Positions 1 through 14,007 are shown, numbered from the stretch's first letter. The stretch is 64,000 nt of DNA from Cyanophora paradoxa CCMP329 (GCA_004431415.1 QPMI01000511.1:62406-126405), one strand, 5' to 3'. The notes: a model not told the origin generated them from the letters alone. Numbers and translations are program-made.

Positions 1-543
1 GCGGCCGCTTGCAATTGCGGGCCAATTTGCGGCGGCGCCGGCGACCCGTCGACGCCGCGCCGGCGGGGCGTTACGCGTACGGTGAATGCGAACGTTGACG
101 TCGACGACGCGACGTTAACTGGCGCCGGGCCGGCCGGAATTCGAATTCGAAGGCTCCCAGACGGGTGGGTTTTTTTAGTTTTTCGAGCCTGTACCCACAT
201 CAGCTAGCAAGAAACGCTTGGCGCAGGCAGCAGTCCGGCCGCTCTCTTACGAACCCGCAGGAGCAGAGGCATAGGAAAAAGCTTTGCAGACCGATTCCGC
301 GCCGCGCGCGCGGAGTTGCTAATAGTCGGAGGCGATCGCCCAACCATCTCGCGCACACAGCTAGCTATATCGTTGATGCGGTACTTCAGGATGGCTAACC
401 GCTTGCTTGCCCCTTGAGCCCCAGCTGGCCGGCAGCGCAGGCCGCGCCACCGCTGCGCTCGCCCCTTGCTTTCCCGAGTAGTTGATCAGCCATAGCCCAG
501 CTTATTCCCTTCTTGCCACGCTTCTCCCCAGCAGCCAGCCACC

Positions 544-3500
544 ATGGCAGCTGGACCTCGGATGAGCCTAAGCCCTGGAATGATGAATCTGCAGGCGGTT
601 CTCCCGTACGTGCCCGGGGGATTGCTTGCAACTGCTCCGGGCATAGCCCAGCTGAAGGCGCTCCAGGCTGGCCAGGCACGACCCGCCAGCCGCCAGTCTC
701 TCGCGCCCGCTGATCTGCCCCACAGAGGGTGTCCGTGGCGACATACGAGGGGGCCGGCTTGCTCCTCGACAGTGCGTTCCGCTCGCTGGCGGTCCAGCGG
801 CGCACCGCTTGAACCCCGTTCGCAGTCGCCGGCTTCTCGGCCCTCGCTCGCGATCTCACGAGGAGTAACAGCTCGACCGCGTGCGAAAAGCTGACGGAGA
901 CGCTGAACGGTCCGCCGGGACCAGCGCGCGCGCTCGCGGTCGGCGGCGGCTTGACCGGACCGGCCCGCAGCGTTCTTCCTGGAGCTCATGAAGCGCCTGC
1001 ACAGTCGGGGCGTGGAGATCCTCCTCTTCGCCGGGGACGGTGCGCTCTGCGTCTGAGGTCGCCGGGGAGCGGCTGACGCGGCGGCCGCGCGCGCGCAGCG
1101 GTGCTGGCCTTCGTGGAGAGCAACGAGCGGCGGTCGATGGGCGACGCGATCCGCCTGGCGGCGGAGGCCGCCATCGCCGTCCAGTCCATGTCCTTCAAGC
1201 GCAACAAGCACCGCCTCGTCGCCCACACGGGCCTCGGTCCGCCCGCCCCCCCGGCCCCGCCGCCGCCCTCCCGCGCCCCCGCGGGGCCTCACGCGGGGCG
1301 GCGCAGGGGCCGGCTTCCTGCAGCAGAACCTGATCGCGGGGACGGAGCGGGCGGCGCAGGCGATCTACACGGGGGACCTGGTGCGGCAGGTGTGCGAGGC
1401 GCAGCGGAGCTCGAAGGACACGGACATCGTCGTCTCCCCCGAGGCCCTCGGGCTCCTCCAGCCCATCTCCAGCTTCGGCTTCGAGCCCGTCAGCGGCGGC
1501 TCCGCGCTGCACCGCCTCCTCCCGCACGCGCACCTCCCGGGCGGCCGCCTCGCCCTCGGGGCGCAGACCTCGCGCCCCTCCACCGCCGCCTTCTCCTCGG
1601 CCCTCGCCTCGGCGCTCTCCGGCAACGGCCCGCTCTCGTACGGGTCGCCCCCCACCAGCCGGGCGACGCCGCCGACGAGCCGGCCCTCCTCGATGCGCAA
1701 CATCTCGCTGGCGCTCCACCCGACGAACTCGCCGCCGGGGCCCACCGGCGCCCACCAGCAGCCGCAGCCGCAGCAGCAGCAGCGGACGCCGCCGGGGCCG
1801 GCGTCGCTCTCGCCGGGGCCGGCGACCTCCTCGGCGGCCTCCTTCCGCGACTTCCACCTCGACGGGCCCCCCACGGGCCCCGGCACGGGCCCCTCCACGC
1901 CCCTCGCCTCGGGCCAGCGCCGCGCCTCCGCCTCGCAGCACCCGCGCGGCTCGGCGCCCCAGTCCCCGGGCTCGCTGCTCTCCGCGGCGGGCATGTTCAA
2001 CACGCTGGGGCCGACCTTCGCCGAGGCGCGGGGGCGCGAGTGCGAGTGCGGGGCGCTGCTCCCCGCCGCCTCGGTCGCCCCGGAGCTCGCCCTCGCCCCC
2101 TTCGAGGCCCAGGTCATGTCCCTCGCCCCCGGTCCGCCCCGCCCGCCCCCCGCCCCCGCCGCCCGAGGCCGGCGCCGCTGACGGGCCGGGGCGCGGCAGC
2201 GGCGGTGGCGGGGGGCGAGCAGAAGGCCTTCTGGGCCTCGGACATCCGCACCGTCTACGTCATCTTCGGTGCCCCCGCCCCCCGCCTGCTCGCCGGTGCC
2301 TCCGCTGACGCCCCGCCCGGCCGCTCTGCAGCCTCCTTCCCAGGTGCGGCTGCGAGGGTCCGGCCGCTCGCGGGGGGCGGGGCGCTGAGGGGGCGGGCGC
2401 AGAGCTGGACATCGACCGGTCGGCGCCCAAGGCGCGCACCAAGTCGCTGGCGGTAGCGCGCCTCCCGCCGGAGCTCGAGGAGGAGGAGCCGCTCGCGGCC
2501 CTCAACGCCCCCCGCCTCTCCTCCGCCTCGGGCGGGGCCGGCGGGCCCGGGTTCGCGCGGCGGCTCTCGGTGGGGCCCGGGCCCGGGGGCGACGGGGAGA
2601 CGGCGGAGGTGGACGCGCACGCGGCGCGCTTCGGCAAGGTCGTGCGGGCCGTGCACCGCGTGTGCGAGGTCTACGGCGGCGCCGTCAACAAGGTCTTCCT
2701 CGACGACAAGGTCCCCCGCCCCCGCCCCGCCCCGCGTTCCCCGCCCCGCCCGCTCAGCGAGGAGGCGCAGGGCGCCTCGGCGCTCCTCGGCTTCGGCCTC
2801 CCCGGCTTCGTCCACGAGGACGAGTGCGCGCCCCGCCCTCCCCACGCAGCGCCCCGGCACGCCGCCCGACGTGGCGCGGCGCGGCCCGCGCGCAGCTCGG
2901 AGCGCGCGGTGCGGGCGGCGATCGACCTGGCGACCTGGTTCGAGGAGACCGACGCGCCCTTCGCCTGCGGCGTGCGCGCGCCCCGCCCCGGGCGCTCCCC
3001 GCGAAAGCCGAGCCGAGCCGGCGCGGGGCGGGCAGATCGCGGGGGGAGGACCTTCGTGGGGACGCTGGGGGCCCCTGCCGCAAGGAGTACGCTCTCGTGC
3101 GCCCTCGAGCCCCCTTTCCGCCCCGCCGCCCCGCCCCCGCGCTGGCCGAGGCTGATGCGGGGTGACAGATCGGCGACTCGGTCGTGCGCCCCCGCGCCCT
3201 CGCCCCGCCCCGCCCCGCCCCGCGCCGGCCGAGGCGGGACGGGGCGGCAGATCCTGGCAGCGCGCATGATGTCCGAGGCGCGCGTCGTCATCGCCAAGAA
3301 GGGCGCGCCCCGCTCGGTGAGCCGCCCGCCCCCCGCCCGCCGCCGCCGCCGTGCGCCGCATCGGGCGGCCGGAGCGAGGGGGTTGGGGCGGCAGCAGGAG
3401 GTCTACTGCGACGCATCGGTCTTCGAGGCGACCACCGCCGACCGCCACCCCGTGCGCCCCCGTCCGCCCCTCTCGCTTTCCTCTTCTCCTCCTCCTCCGA

Positions 3501-5039
3501 GCCGGCCGGCGGGCGGGGCGGGCAGCCGTTCGTGTTCGAGGAGCGGGAGCCGTTCAAGGCGAAGGGCTTCGCGGAGCCCGTGCGCATCTTCCGGCCTCGC
3601 GGCATGACCGGCGACGAGACGCGCGACCAGAGCAAGGTCCCCCCGCCCGCCCCCGCCCGCCCCCGCCCCCGTCCCCCCGACGCCGCCCGCCGACGCCGCC
3701 CGCGGGCCCGCCAGGCGGAGTACCGCGGGCCCAAGTCGCAGGCGGTGACGTCCGCCGGGGCGGCCGGGCAGCGCGTCAAGATCCCCTCCCAGACGCCCAT
3801 CGCCATCTTCGGCCGGTGCGCGCGCCCACCCTCTCCCTCGCCTTCGCCCTCCCCCGCGCCCCGGCGGCCGCGGGGGCCGACGCGGGGCGGCAGGGAGGAG
3901 GAGATGGAGAAGATGGTGCCGCTGCTGGCGAGGCACGCGCTGGAGGGGCGGGGCGCGACGATCGTGCTGGAGGGCAAGGCGGGGATGGGGAAGACGCACA
4001 TCCGGCGCGAGCTGCAGCGCCTCGCCGCCCGCCGCGGCACGCCCGTCTTCTCCGCCTCGGGCAGCGCCGTCGAGTCCTCCACCCCGGTGCGCCCGCGGCC
4101 GCCGGCCGCGCCCGCCCGAGCGGGGCCGGGGCCGAGGGGCGGGGCGGGCAGCTCTCGTGCGTGCGGGCGATGGTGGCGGCGCTGGTGCCGGAGACGCGGA
4201 CGGAGGAGGGGCTGCGGGGCGCGCTGGCGCAGGGCGGCCTGCTGCGGGAGGACGAGGCGGCCTTCCTCTGGCGCGCCCTCTTCGAGGAGGCGGGCGAGGC
4301 GGCGGCGCCCGGCGACGAGGCGGCGAGCACGCAGCGCTCCATGGCCAAGACCGCCCGCTCCGTCAAGCGCTCCTTCGCCGTCCGCGCCGCCTCCGGCTCC
4401 GGCTCGGGCAAGAAGGAGAGCGGCGGCTCGGGGCCAGGCGGCGCGGGGGCGCTGGGGCAGGGCGCCCTGGCGCGCCTCGCGATGGTCCTCTTCCGCCTCG
4501 TCGCCGCCCTCGTCCGCCTCCGCAGCAACGACTCGGCGCACGGGGGCGAGGCCGCCGCGGCGGCGCTGGGGCCGGGGCGGTGGGGTGGCCGGGGCGCGGC
4601 GGGGCCGGTGCCGGTGCTGGAGGACCTGGCGGGGAACCCGCCGTTCGCGCTCTTCGTGGAGGATGGGCACTTCGTCGACTCGGCCTCGTGGGCCGTCCTC
4701 CACAACCTCCGCGACGTCTCCTCCCGCATGCTCGTCCGCACCGCCCCGCCCCGCCCCGCACCCCCCCGCCCGCACCGCCCGCGCCGACCCCGCCGCAGCT
4801 CGTGCTCGTGACGAGGCCGATGCAGGACCCCCGCTCGACTTCATCGCCTTGTCCACTCAGGCCCGCCCCGCCCCCGCGCCCCCCGCCCGCCCCGCCCCCG
4901 CGCCCCCGCCCGCCCCGCGCGAACCCGGCCCGAGCCCGCCGCGCAGCCGCACGCGAGCCGCCGGCGCCTGGCGGAGCCGCAGCCTGTGGAGCTCGCAGGA
5001 GGGACCACGCCCGCGCCTCGGCCAACGGCGCCTCGCCCC

Positions 5040-5078
<39 letters not shown>

Positions 5079-8000
5079 GCGCCCCGCGAGCCCCGCATCG
5101 GCCGCCATCGCCGGGGGCGGGGTGCCCGGCACGGGCCTCGCGTCGCTGACGTCGACCCTCTTCCGGCCGGCGGCGGAGAGCGCGACGGGGGAGGGCGGCC
5201 CGGGCTCCCCGGCCTCCTCCGGGGGCGAGAGCCCGCGGCGGGCGTGGTTCGCGGCGACAGAGGGCGAGCGGCGGGCGGGCGCGGCGAGCGCGCGGAGCCT
5301 GGCGGAGGCGGCGAGCAGCGCGGCGAGCCCCGGGCGGGGGTCGAACAACAGCAGCCGGCGGCGCCTCACGTTCGCGGAGGCGGCGGCCGCTGTGCTCTAC
5401 GTGCGCCTCTCGCCGCTCTCGCGGGAGGCCTCCGAGGCGCTCCTCTCGCGCATGCTCGACGGCCTCCAGATGCCCGCCCGCGACCTCGAGGCGCGCCCTC
5501 CCCACGCCCCGCCCGCCCCTTGTTCTCCTGCTTACCGGGGGGGCGGGGAGCAGTACCTGCGGCAGGAGCTGCTGGCGAAGGCGGAGGGCGTGCCGCTCTA
5601 CATTGTGGAGATGTCGCGGCACGTGCTGCGGGCGCGCGTGGCGGCGCAGGCGCGGGGCCTCGGGGGCGTGGACCTCACCTCGGAGATCCCGAGCTCCATC
5701 CAGAAGGTCGTCCTCTCCCAGGTCGACGCCCTCGCCAGCCACGTCCAGGTCCCCGCACCCCGCCCCGCCCCGCCCCGCCCCGCCCCGCTTCGCGCCCGCC
5801 GCTGACGCCCGGGCCCCCGCTTGCCCGCGGCGCGCGCAGGCGGTGCTGAAGCTGTGCGCGGTGATCGGCTCGGGCTTCACCGTGCAGCTGCTCAACGCGA
5901 TCGACATCTCGGGGATGGGCGCCGCCGCCATCCGCTCCGCCCTCGCCGCCCTCCGCCGCGCCGGCCTCATCCGCCGCGACGGCGACGGCGACGAGGAGGA
6001 GGACGAGGAGGACGTCCGCGCCGTGCGCCCCGCCCCCCGCCCGCCCCGCCCGTCCCGCCCGCCTATCGCCCGCGCCGGGCGGCCTCTGACGCGCCGCCGG
6101 CGTGCAGGTCGTGGTGCCCCTCTCGTCGCCGGAGGAGGGCGAGGGGGGGCGCTCGCCGGGGCACGACCCGAGCGACGAGGTGCCCCACTCGTTCACCCAC
6201 GGCATCGTCAAGGCCCGCCCCCGCCCACCCGCCCGCCGGCCCCGCCCCGCCCCGCCCCGCCGCGGCTGACGCGCCGGGGGCGCGCAGGAGGCGGTGTACC
6301 AGGGGATGACGCAGGCGGTGAAGCGGGATGTGCACTGCAACTACGCGGCGCACATCGAGGCGAGCGCCGCGGGGCGCGACCCCGCCGTCCTCGCGTGCGC
6401 CCCGCCCCCGCCCCGCCCCCGCCGCCGGTCTCGCCGACGGGGTGCGTGCGCGCGTGGGGCAGGCTGCACTGGCGGCTCGGCGAGCAGCACGACCGGGCGC
6501 TCGAGTTCCTCGAGCGGGCGGCCACGCGCGCCGTCGCCCGCGGCGCCATCGTCGAGGCCCGCCGCCTCCTCTCCGAGGCCCGCCCCGCCCCGCCCCGGCC
6601 GCCTCGCCCCCGGCACTCACGCCTGGCGGCAGATCGTGGAGACGATCGATGCGTTCAGCCTGGCGGGCAAGCTCCCGCGCCTCCCCGAGCGCTTCCACCC
6701 CCAGGCGCCCTCTGTCCCGCGCCCCCGCCCCCACCCCCTCGCCCCTCACGCGGCGGGCGGCAGGGCCTGGTGATCACGGACGTGGCGAACACGCGGGCCG
6801 GCTTCTTCCCCTTCGCGGACACCAAGCCGGAGCAGAGCCGCTGGCGCCGCGTCCGCTGGGCCGCCCTCCGCGCCTGGGCCAACCTCGAGTGCCGCCCCGC
6901 CCGCCCGCCCGCCCCGATCCCGCCGGGGCCTCGCGAGCGGGCGGGGTTCGGCGCAGGACGATGCTGGGGCGCTCGGAGGACGTCGAGTGCCTCGCGGTGC
7001 GCGCGGGCGGCCCGTCTGGCCGGCCGGCCCCCGCTCACCGCGGCGCGCGCGCGGGGCAGGGCGCGTGCCTGGAGACGCTGGGGAGCCCGTGCCGAGCTTC
7101 AAGCCCTCCTTCTGGAGCAAGATCAGTGCGCGCCGCCCGCTCGCCCCTCCGCCGGCCGGCCTCCGAGGGGCGGCGGGGGCGCAGACGTGTACGCGCGGGT
7201 GGCGAAGATCGTGCTGACGGAGCCCAAGGCGGCGCGCCCGCGGGTCAAGATCGGGCAGCTCGCCGCCGGCGAGGAGGCCCAGCAGCAGCCGCAGCAGCCG
7301 CCGCAGCCGCAGGGCGGCGGCTCGCGGCCGGGGACGCCGACGGCGGCGAAGCTGGACGGGCGGACGGAGGAGGAGATCGCCGTCGTCGACTGCCTCGTCC
7401 TCATCGGCCGCTCCGTCCTCCGCGCCGGCCGCAACGAGAAGGCGGCCGGCGGCGGCCCCGCCGACAACGTCTTCCACGTCTGGGTCGCCTCCCTCGTCCG
7501 CGCCCTCGAGCTCTCCTACTCCTGCAAGGTCCCCGCCCCCGCGCCCCCGCCCCCCCGCCCTCCTCTCCCGCCTCAGCTCCCTCCTCCGCCAGGTGGAGGC
7601 GGAGCCCCACGCGAAGGCGCTGGCGTACGGGGCGTACCTGCTGCTCGCCCTGGGGCACCAGAAGCTCGCGCAGAAGATGATCGCCCGCGCCGACGCCATC
7701 GCCGACCGCCTCGGCGAGGACGCCGTCCGCCCCCGCCCCCGCCCCCGCCCCGCCCCGCCCCGCCCCCGCCGAGGGGCCTGCTCGCTGGGGCAGGCGCGGG
7801 CGAGCGTGTGGACGGTGCGGGGGACGCTGGAGTGCACGGCGGGGCGCTTCGGAGAGGGCCACGCGCTCTTCGAGCGCACCATCGAGCACCTCGGCCTCGC
7901 CACCTTCCCCGGGGTGGAGCCGGCGACCCTCTCCCTCGTCACCCTCTTCCTCGCGGGGCGCCTGGAGGAGGCCGAGGAGCGCGCGCAGGCCCTCGTCGCC

Positions 8001-9336
8001 TTCCTCTCCCGCCTCGCCCGCGACGCCTTCGGTGCGCCCGCCCCGCCCCGCCCCCCCGCCTCGGGCGGCGTGCGAGGGGCGGGCGGGGGGCAGCGGTGGA
8101 CGTGAGCACGGCGGTGACGGGCTTCGTGGCGTTCGCCGCGGGGCGCGACGACGAGGCGGCCGCGCAGCTCGACCGCCTCCCGGGGCGCCCCGCGGGGCCC
8201 TCCGCCTCCTGGGTGCACCACACCGCCGCCATCCTCATCGGCCTCTTCATCTGGCGCACCCACGGCGACACCTCCAAGGCCCGGCCCCGGCCCCGGCCCC
8301 GGCCCCGCCCCCGCCCCCGCCCCGCTTGACGCCCCGGGCAGATGCTGGAGGCGTCGCGGGGGCTGCTCTTCTGGTGGCAGCACCACCAGCGGGGGGTGAC
8401 GTGGCCCTACACCCTCGCCATCTTCTGCGTCCTCGACTTCCTCCACCACCGCTCCAGCGCCGCCCGCGAGCACCTCGACCGCGTCGCACGGTCCGCCCCG
8501 CCCCGCCCCCCGCCCCCGCCCCGCCCCCGCCCCGCCCGCCGGCGCCGAGGCCGCCGCGCGCAGGCTGCGCAAGGCCGCCTCGAAGATCGCCGCCCCGCAG
8601 CTCACCGTCAGCGGCGGCGCGGCGGCGGCGCCGGCGGGCGCGCCGCACCTCGTCCTGCCGGCCGCCGCGAGCGCGGGCCTGGAGGCGGAGCCCTTCCGGA
8701 GCGCCTCGGAGCCCGTGCCGGCCACGCCGGGGGCGCGGCGGGCCTCCTCGCCGGGGGCCTTCACGGCGGGGGCGGGGCCGGCGCCGCTGCAGAAGCCGGC
8801 GTCGCTGATCATCGGGGCGGACGACGTGCGCAAGGCGACGGGCTCGACGCTGCGGAGCGCGCAGCAGGCGGCCGAGCAGGCGGCCGGCGAGCTCCGCGAC
8901 GCCATGCACCTCATGGAGGCGACCGCCGCCAAGCGCCTCCCCGCCCTCGGCCCCTCCTCCGCCTCTTCGCCGCCGAGCGCCGGGGCTCTCGCCGCGGCAG
9001 CGCGCGGCGGCGCTGCGGCAGGCGCGGGAGGGGCTCGCGCAGGCGGGGCTCGCCCTCTTCGAGGCGGCCGCCCTCGTGCGGCTCGCCCTCGCCGAGCCCG
9101 ACCCCGCCGCCGCCGCCGAGGCCGCCGCCGCGGCCGCCGCCCTCTGCGACGAGTCGGGCCTCGAGCTGCGCGCCCTCCTCCGCCTCCAGTCGGGCGACGC
9201 CTCCCCCGCGGCGACGCCGCCCGCGGCCGCTACGTCTCCATCTGGATCTGACGCGACGCGGTCCCACCTCGCCCGGGCCGCCTGGCCCGGCCGAAGAGGG
9301 CGGCGCGCGCCGCCCTCTCTCCTCGCTTTTATTTGA
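544..9336 (+). CDS. Multi-exon soluble adenylate/guanylate cyclase (ADCY10-like): two class III cyclase domains, STAND/AAA ATPase, helical C-terminal region
   Basis: Spliced exons give LLD|VAGFSALARDL, ILLFAGD|AVLAF, GGAVNKVFLDDK, GFGLPGFVHEDE, FVGTLGAPAARKEY, P-loop IVLEGKAGMGKTH (~3961) and Walker B LFVEDGHFVDSASW (~4650). Many 50-90 nt GT/GC-AG introns. Gene ends are approximate. Confidence 0.85.
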
Positions 9337-10600
9337 TGCGCGCGTTTGCACCCAGGAGGTTTTCAATCGATTTGGTAGGCAGGCCAAACAGTGGTTTCAA
9401 TAGCGTATTGTGGCACGCGCACTTTGTTATTGTGGCGCCCTCCTCTGCCAGAGTGGAGGGCCCCCGCCCGCTTTCTCCTCCGTGCCTCGGCTTGCAATTT
9501 ACAGGATTCTGATTTGCTTGTTGGATTTTCCTCCGTCCGTCTCTGCGGTTGGACGTGTGCTCGTTTTCACTCTTCGTTGTGGCATCGGCACCAGTTTTTG
9601 CCAGTAGCACGAGGGCCACCGGCGGATAGTGCGTGCAGTGCATTAGCTGAAGCGGCTGTTTTCTCCTCGGCTTGGAGCTGCGATTTTACTCCGCGATCCA
9701 GTATTTAAGAATTTAGACGTTGCTCGACTCTTTCGCCTGGATCTGTGCCCCGTATGTATTCATGTGCGCCTGGATCTATACGGGTATTCATGTATTCATG
9801 TGCGTAAGATCGATTATCAATAGCCCAGGTCTTTATGCTTTGACAATACTGGACAGTATTTTACGTATGGGTCGGAGTATATGAAGCTTGCAGTGTTATC
9901 TTCAGTTTTTTTCGCGTTCTTCCTGAACGACAATCATGAATTCGATTCCTCACGTGCTTGCAATTCCCGCAGTGCCACGATGCTTGCAATTCCCGCAGCT
10001 CGAACTCGAATTCAGACGGCCGCAATTATTTGCAAACCCGACGTCGACCTTAAGGCTCGACTGCACTGCGGCATGCGCAATGGCCCCGGAAATCCTGCTC
10101 CTGCTCCTTCGAATTCCATACATAGATCTCATATGGATGATGACAGTCACAAATTTAAATTAACTACGTATACAGTCATAGCTTGAAAACCAAAATTGAT
10201 ATCGATGTCGCTCATGATATCGATCAGGCCTAGGGTGCCGGCCTTGACCCTACTGGTTATTGGCTAGCCCCACCCCTATCTATATATCTAAATTTGGCCA
10301 CGGCCATGGCTCTATCTTATATAATTAGACTTCGAGAGCCCAGACCGTCGCGATCGGATGCCAGCACTAGTACGGCCAGGCTCTGGCCATGGGCTGCCAT
10401 AGCCACTGCCTGCTAACTGTAGCCTGTAGCCTGTATGCTAGGACCGGAGACGGGCAGCTGTACCGGGGGAACTTTCATTTTATGTACATGTACACGTCAT
10501 TTATTATAAACAAATTACAGATGCGGTTGGTATACGTAATTATAAGAAGCGCAAATTACCGGGGCGAGAGCGAATATTAATTGAAGCTCAAGGGGGGCGG

Positions 10601-13528
10601 TCAGGCGCCGAACTGCTTCTGCATGCGCTCGAGGCTGCGGACAAGGTCCGGCATGCGTGGCCTCCTCGCCGGCTCCTGCCGCGCCCCCTTTCACATGAGC
10701 CGGAACTCAGAGCGGGCGGGAGAGCTCGGACCTGGTCCCAGCAGGCCTCGATGGTTTGTCGGATGGGCGCCGCCACGCTCGCCGGCACCGCCAGCCGCTG
10801 GCCCGACACCTGCCCCGCCACACCCCCGCCCGCCTTCAGCCGGAGGGGGGAGGATGCCGGCGGGGCGGGGCCGGGGCGGGCACGGTGAAGTTGATGACTT
10901 TGCCGAGGGCCCAGCCGGCGAACGGGAGCGCCCCCGTGGCCACCTCCCTGCCCCGGCCCCCGCCTCAGCGCGAGGGCGGCCGGCGCGGGCGCTAGGCGGG
11001 GGCGGACCAGAGGACGACGGCGAAGGAGAAGACGTCGGCGGAGGCGTCGTAGCGCTCGCCGCGCAGCACCTGCACCCCCGCCCGCCCGCCTCGGCGGGGG
11101 CACGTGGGGGCACGCGGGGGCATGCGGGGGGCGGGCGGGCCTCGGGGGCCATGTAGGCGGGGGTGCCGGCGACGTCGTCCCCCGCCACCATCGTCCGCGC
11201 CGTCGCCAGCCCGAAGTCCGCCACCTGCCCGCCCCCCGACCCCGAGCCCTCAGGCGCTGGGGCGGGCGTGGCTGGGAGGGGCGGGGCCGGGCCTTGACGT
11301 TGAGGCCGGCGCGGTCGACGAGGATGTTCGCCGGCTTGAGGTCGCGGTGCTGCCCCCCGCCCGGCCTCAGCTCCCCGGGCGCGGGGGCGCGGGGGCGCGG
11401 GCGGGGGCGGGAGGCGCGCGATCATCTGGGGCCGGGAGAGGTGGAGGTAGGAGATGCCCCGCGCGATCTGCACCGCCACCCGCAGCACCTGGCCCCCCCC
11501 ACGCCCCCTCAGGGGACGCGCAGCGAGCGCCGACCCCGCCCCGGCGCGCCTCAGGGACCGAGAGACGCTGCGGGGGCGGAGTCAGCCGGTGGGGGTGCGT
11601 AGGAGGGGAGAGGGGGGGGGCACCCGTCGCGCGATGAGGTCCTTCAGCGTTCCGTCGGGCTGCGGGGGGATGGGGGGCGTCGGGGGTGGGGAGGGGTACG
11701 GAGACGGAGGAGGGGGTACCATGAACTCCGTGACGATGGCCATGTGCTGGGGGTGAGTGCAGGCTCCGAGGTACAGCTGCCATGGAGGGGGGGGGGGGGG
11801 GGGGGGATGTGAGGAGGGGTACGGGACCGAAGGGCGTGCAGGAAGGGGGTACGAGGATGTTCGGGTGGCGGAGGCGTCCGAGGGTCGCGATCTCCTGCTG
11901 GAAGTCCTCCCGCATGGCCCGCGTCCCGTAAGACTGTACCCCCAGCTCAGAGGCTCGCTCAGGCGAGGAGGGGGGGTACGGCGCACGGCGCCCATGCTGC
12001 CAAACCCGCCGCTCGCGAGGCTCCCGCCGGCAGCCGGGCGCTTGAGCATCTGTGGGGGAGGGGGGGGGTGCGGCTCGCCCGGCGCGGGGGGGTGGCACAG
12101 GTGCGCGGGGAGGGGGGAGCGGAAGGGGGCGGGCCTTGACGGCGACCTGGGTGCCTCTCCAGGTCCCCGCGTACACCGTCGCTGCGCGGGATCGGGTCGC
12201 ACGGCCCCAGCGAGGCGGCCTCCCTTCCCGGCCCTCCCCGGGCGGGCGCCTGGCGCCGGCGCACCGAAGGAGCCCTCCCCGACCTTCTCGCCCATCTCGA
12301 GCTCCGACTGGCAGTCAATCTCCCACTCGTACCGCGTCCTGCCCCCCGCCCGCCCCGCTCAGCCGGCTCCGCCGCAGCTGGGATGGGCGCGGCTGGCCCG
12401 AGAAGTAGAGAGATGGGGGGCGGGGCCGGACCCGGCGGCGTGGTCTTGGACGCTGGGGCGGCCCTGCAGGCGGCTCGTGTCGAGCTGCTCGAGCTCCATC
12501 TCCATCCCCACCAGGAACTCGTCGATCTGCGCCCCGGCGCGCCCCGCGTACATGCATCGGCCCCGGGGGCAGCGGCGGGCTCGCTGGGCGGCTGGGCGGC
12601 GAGGGGGCGCACGGTGATGCGGCCCGTCCCGAAGAAGTCGACCTCCTTGAAGAGGCGGTTGATCTCGCTTCCCCCGACGCTCGGCATCTGCCCCCCGCCC
12701 CGCCCCGCCCCCGTCAGGGCCCCCCGCCCTCGCCTCCGCACGAGGCTGCGGCAAGGCGGTGAGCGCGAGCGCGCGTACCATCAGAGCCATTCCCTCCGCG
12801 AACTGCGCCGGCGCGCGAGCGCGAGCGAGACGGCGCCGGTCAGCTTCAGCGGTGGCTGGCCGAACGCCGCGCGGAGCGCCGTGACGCTGCGGGCCAGCGG
12901 ACCTCATGATAGTCCAGCGCTCCGTTTCTGTTCACGTCCAAGTCGAAGAAGACGCGCGTCCCCCGCATCTGCGCCGGATCAAATGTTGGCCGTCGCCAGC
13001 TAGCTAGCTACGAGCACTGGGACCGGGGCCCGGCGGCACCTTCTGCTCCTCGGACATGTGCGCGAGCAAGCTCAGGGCTTTGCGCGCGTTCTCGTCTTGG
13101 AGCCCGGCCGCGGTGCCTGAGCTGGCTCGCTTGTGGAAGCGCGGGCTCCGCGGCGGCATCGGGCCCGGCGGCCCGTAGCCGTCGCTGGACAGCCGCTGCC
13201 CATAGCCGTGTTGCTGCTGCTGATTCTGCTGCTGATAAGCTTGCTGCTGGCGGCGAGGGGTCATGGGCTCAAGGTCGACGAACTTCGTCGCCGGGCCGGC
13301 GCCGGCGGGGCGCCGCTCGGCCGCTCCGCGAGGCGTACGCGCTTGCTGATCGTAGTGACCGTAGTGATCATACGGATCGGCCTGCACCTGTGGCACGTGC
13401 GGCTGTCTTGGTGTGTGGGCCCCACTGTGGGGTCGAGGCTGCGGTGACGGATCGCGCCCGCTGCGTGGCGTAAGGCTTCAGAGCGCTAGCCAGCGGCGCA
13501 GAGCTCGCGCGGACCCGGGCCCGAACAT
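10601..13528 (-). CDS. Multi-exon EF-hand-containing TKL (Raf/MAP3K-like) Ser/Thr protein kinase
   Basis: EF-hand loops DVNRNGALDYHE and DFFGTGRITIDE. Kinase motifs WEIDCQSELEMGEKVGEGSFG, VAVK, LRHPNIL, HRDLKPANIL, DFGLA, GTPAYMAPE, DVFSFAVV. ATG at 13528 is joined in frame through a GT-AG intron. TGA at 10601-10603. Confidence 0.88.
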
Positions 13529-13858
13529 CTTGGCGAAGAATTGGCCGACCACCATCGAAACGCCGGGCAGGTGCGGGGCACTGCGAGCTAGCTGGAATGA
13601 CTTCAATGCGTGCTCACCGCAGCTGGACTAGCTCTGAGCACAGTCGGGCCTGAAGCGGCTCGCTCGCCTTCTCGCGCGCCGGCCGTACGTGTACGGGTAC
13701 CGAAATTAAATTCGTTCGCCTCCTCACGTGGCGTACGGGCAATATATAGTAGGGAATTGAAGAAACGATATATCATTGCATTAAGTCGCGACTCGCGATC
13801 ATAAGATCCATACTAGTAACTTGCGATGGAGCATCATTGAGGAGCCAGAGCAGGGGGC

Positions 13859-14007
13859 TAATAGATTACGCTGCAAGGCGTGATCAGTTTCTCTCCGCCG
13901 GAGCGCGCTGCCGGGGCCGCGCCCTTACCTCCGGGGTACAGCCTGCGCACGGCCGCCCACAGTACCCCCACTTTCTTTTCGGCTTCGCGTTAGTTGCAGC
14001 TTCGCGG
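13859..14007 (+). repeat. Split direct repeat A1
   Basis: TAATAGATTACGCTGCAAGG...GCAGCTTCGCGG, same as 22796-22944 by eye. Confidence 0.95.
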
